DNA of 64,000 bases from Antedon mediterranea. Lineage: Eukaryota > Animalia > Echinodermata. The number at the start of each line of letters is the position of its first letter. Position 1 is the stretch's first letter. The translations under genes were made by a program, and so were the position numbers. The notes beneath the pieces are model-generated. The model worked only from the letters and a program-made list of their open reading frames with translations, searched no databases and was not told the DNA's origin. The DNA is taken from the NCBI RefSeq assembly GCF_964355755.1, contig NC_092674.1:30814001-30878000 (forward strand), in the 5' to 3' direction. This document shows, in pieces, positions 63,401-64,000 of the stretch.

Positions 63401-63774
63401 GAGGATTGGAGTACATTGTACCACTGATGGTTGCTGTGATGGTCAGTAAGTGGGTAGGAGACGCTCTAGTACATGAAGGAATGTATCCTTTTATAATTGA
63501 ATGCAGTGGGGACAAAAAATATAATACTCTTATTTTTTTGTGCATCTCTTTAGTGATGAAAAGCAGGAAATTACATTTTACATTTTTTGTAATATTATAT
63601 GAATGGATCCTAGACATTCTATTATAATGCTGGATCTGCGATTCTTTTAAAATGTGTATTTCTTTAATGGTACTTTAGTTATGATGGACATATTAAGCTT
63701 AATGGTTACCCATTTCTGGACAGTAAAAAGGAATTTATGTATACAACACTTGCAGCTGATGTAATGAGGCCAAG
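54483..63774 (+). CDS. CLCN3: ClC-3/4/5 family H+/Cl- exchange transporter; gene continues past the right edge
   Basis: [28 protein letters not shown] (gating Glu), LFSLEEVSYYFP (proton Glu), [44 protein letters not shown] 54483 exon ([16 protein letters not shown]) splices in frame to 56628. Probably the co-ortholog of CLCN3/4/5. Confidence 0.92.
55214..55521. mobile_element. Kolobok-like TTAA MITE in a CLCN3 intron
   Basis: TTAA|AGACGTATTTTCCCCC ... GGGGGACAATACATCT|TTAA. Confidence 0.7.
58062..58311. repeat. Minisatellite, ~12 x 21 bp (CLCN3 intron)
   Basis: AATAGCTATGTATGTATATGT repeated; explains the spurious repetitive ORFs. Confidence 0.97.
61595..63073. repeat. Satellite, ~23 x 64 bp (CLCN3 intron)
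   Basis: TACTTACTTAGTCAAGGACAAACTTATATCACTATTCCTCCTTAACTTCCTATCTGCCATTGTA in near-identical copies without spacers. Confidence 0.97.
63483..63678 (+). other. CLCN3: U12-type GT-AG intron in CLCN3
   Basis: Donor GTATCCTTTT; branch-like TTCTTTAAT about 10 nt before TAG; splicing restores [18 protein letters not shown]. Confidence 0.85.
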
Positions 63775-64000
63775 GTAAATAAGTTTAACCACTCAATTTG
63801 TATATTTTGTAGTTTACTGTATTATAATATAATATATATATAATCTGGAGTTTAATAAGAAAATAAAAACAATTCTGAGCATTGTGTCATACAGTATTGC
63901 TTTCAATGGTTTCAGTAGCATTATGGAAACCTGCAGAGATTTGGTGTATATATAATAAATTATTAGAAGAGTAGTAGGCTCTAGACAAGCGTGTCAACAA

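Overview
Eukaryotic, AT-rich, intron-containing animal DNA. It is probably a marine invertebrate deuterostome, but that taxon guess is weak. Eight spliced protein-coding genes are visible: SPATA18/MIEAP (-, runs off the left edge), head-to-head with beta-sarcoglycan SGCB (+); a TRPC channel (+); SCOC (-); UNC50 (-); THOC2 (-); HPF1 with an N-terminal PBZ finger (-), head-to-head with a ClC-3/4/5 Cl-/H+ exchanger (+, runs off the right edge). Introns and intergenic DNA are dense with non-autonomous DNA transposons (PIF/Harbinger-type MITEs, plus Tc1/mariner-, Kolobok-, Ginger- and 8-bp-TSD elements), tRNA-derived SINE fragments and minisatellites. No prokaryotic features or CRISPR arrays are present. 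The most notable signals are in splicing: a 9-nt in-frame THOC2 microexon with a neural SRRM/eMIC-type acceptor and an upstream YCAY cluster; two U12-type introns (THOC2, CLCN3); three independent tandem duplications of THOC2 splice donors; and a 64-bp satellite carrying a U12 branch-site core in every unit. Also notable are a MITE with about 18 C/EBP palindromes in front of SCOC and paired loss of cysteines in SGCB. Exon boundaries were read by eye and may be off by a few bases. Comparisons with human proteins and loci are from memory, not database searches.
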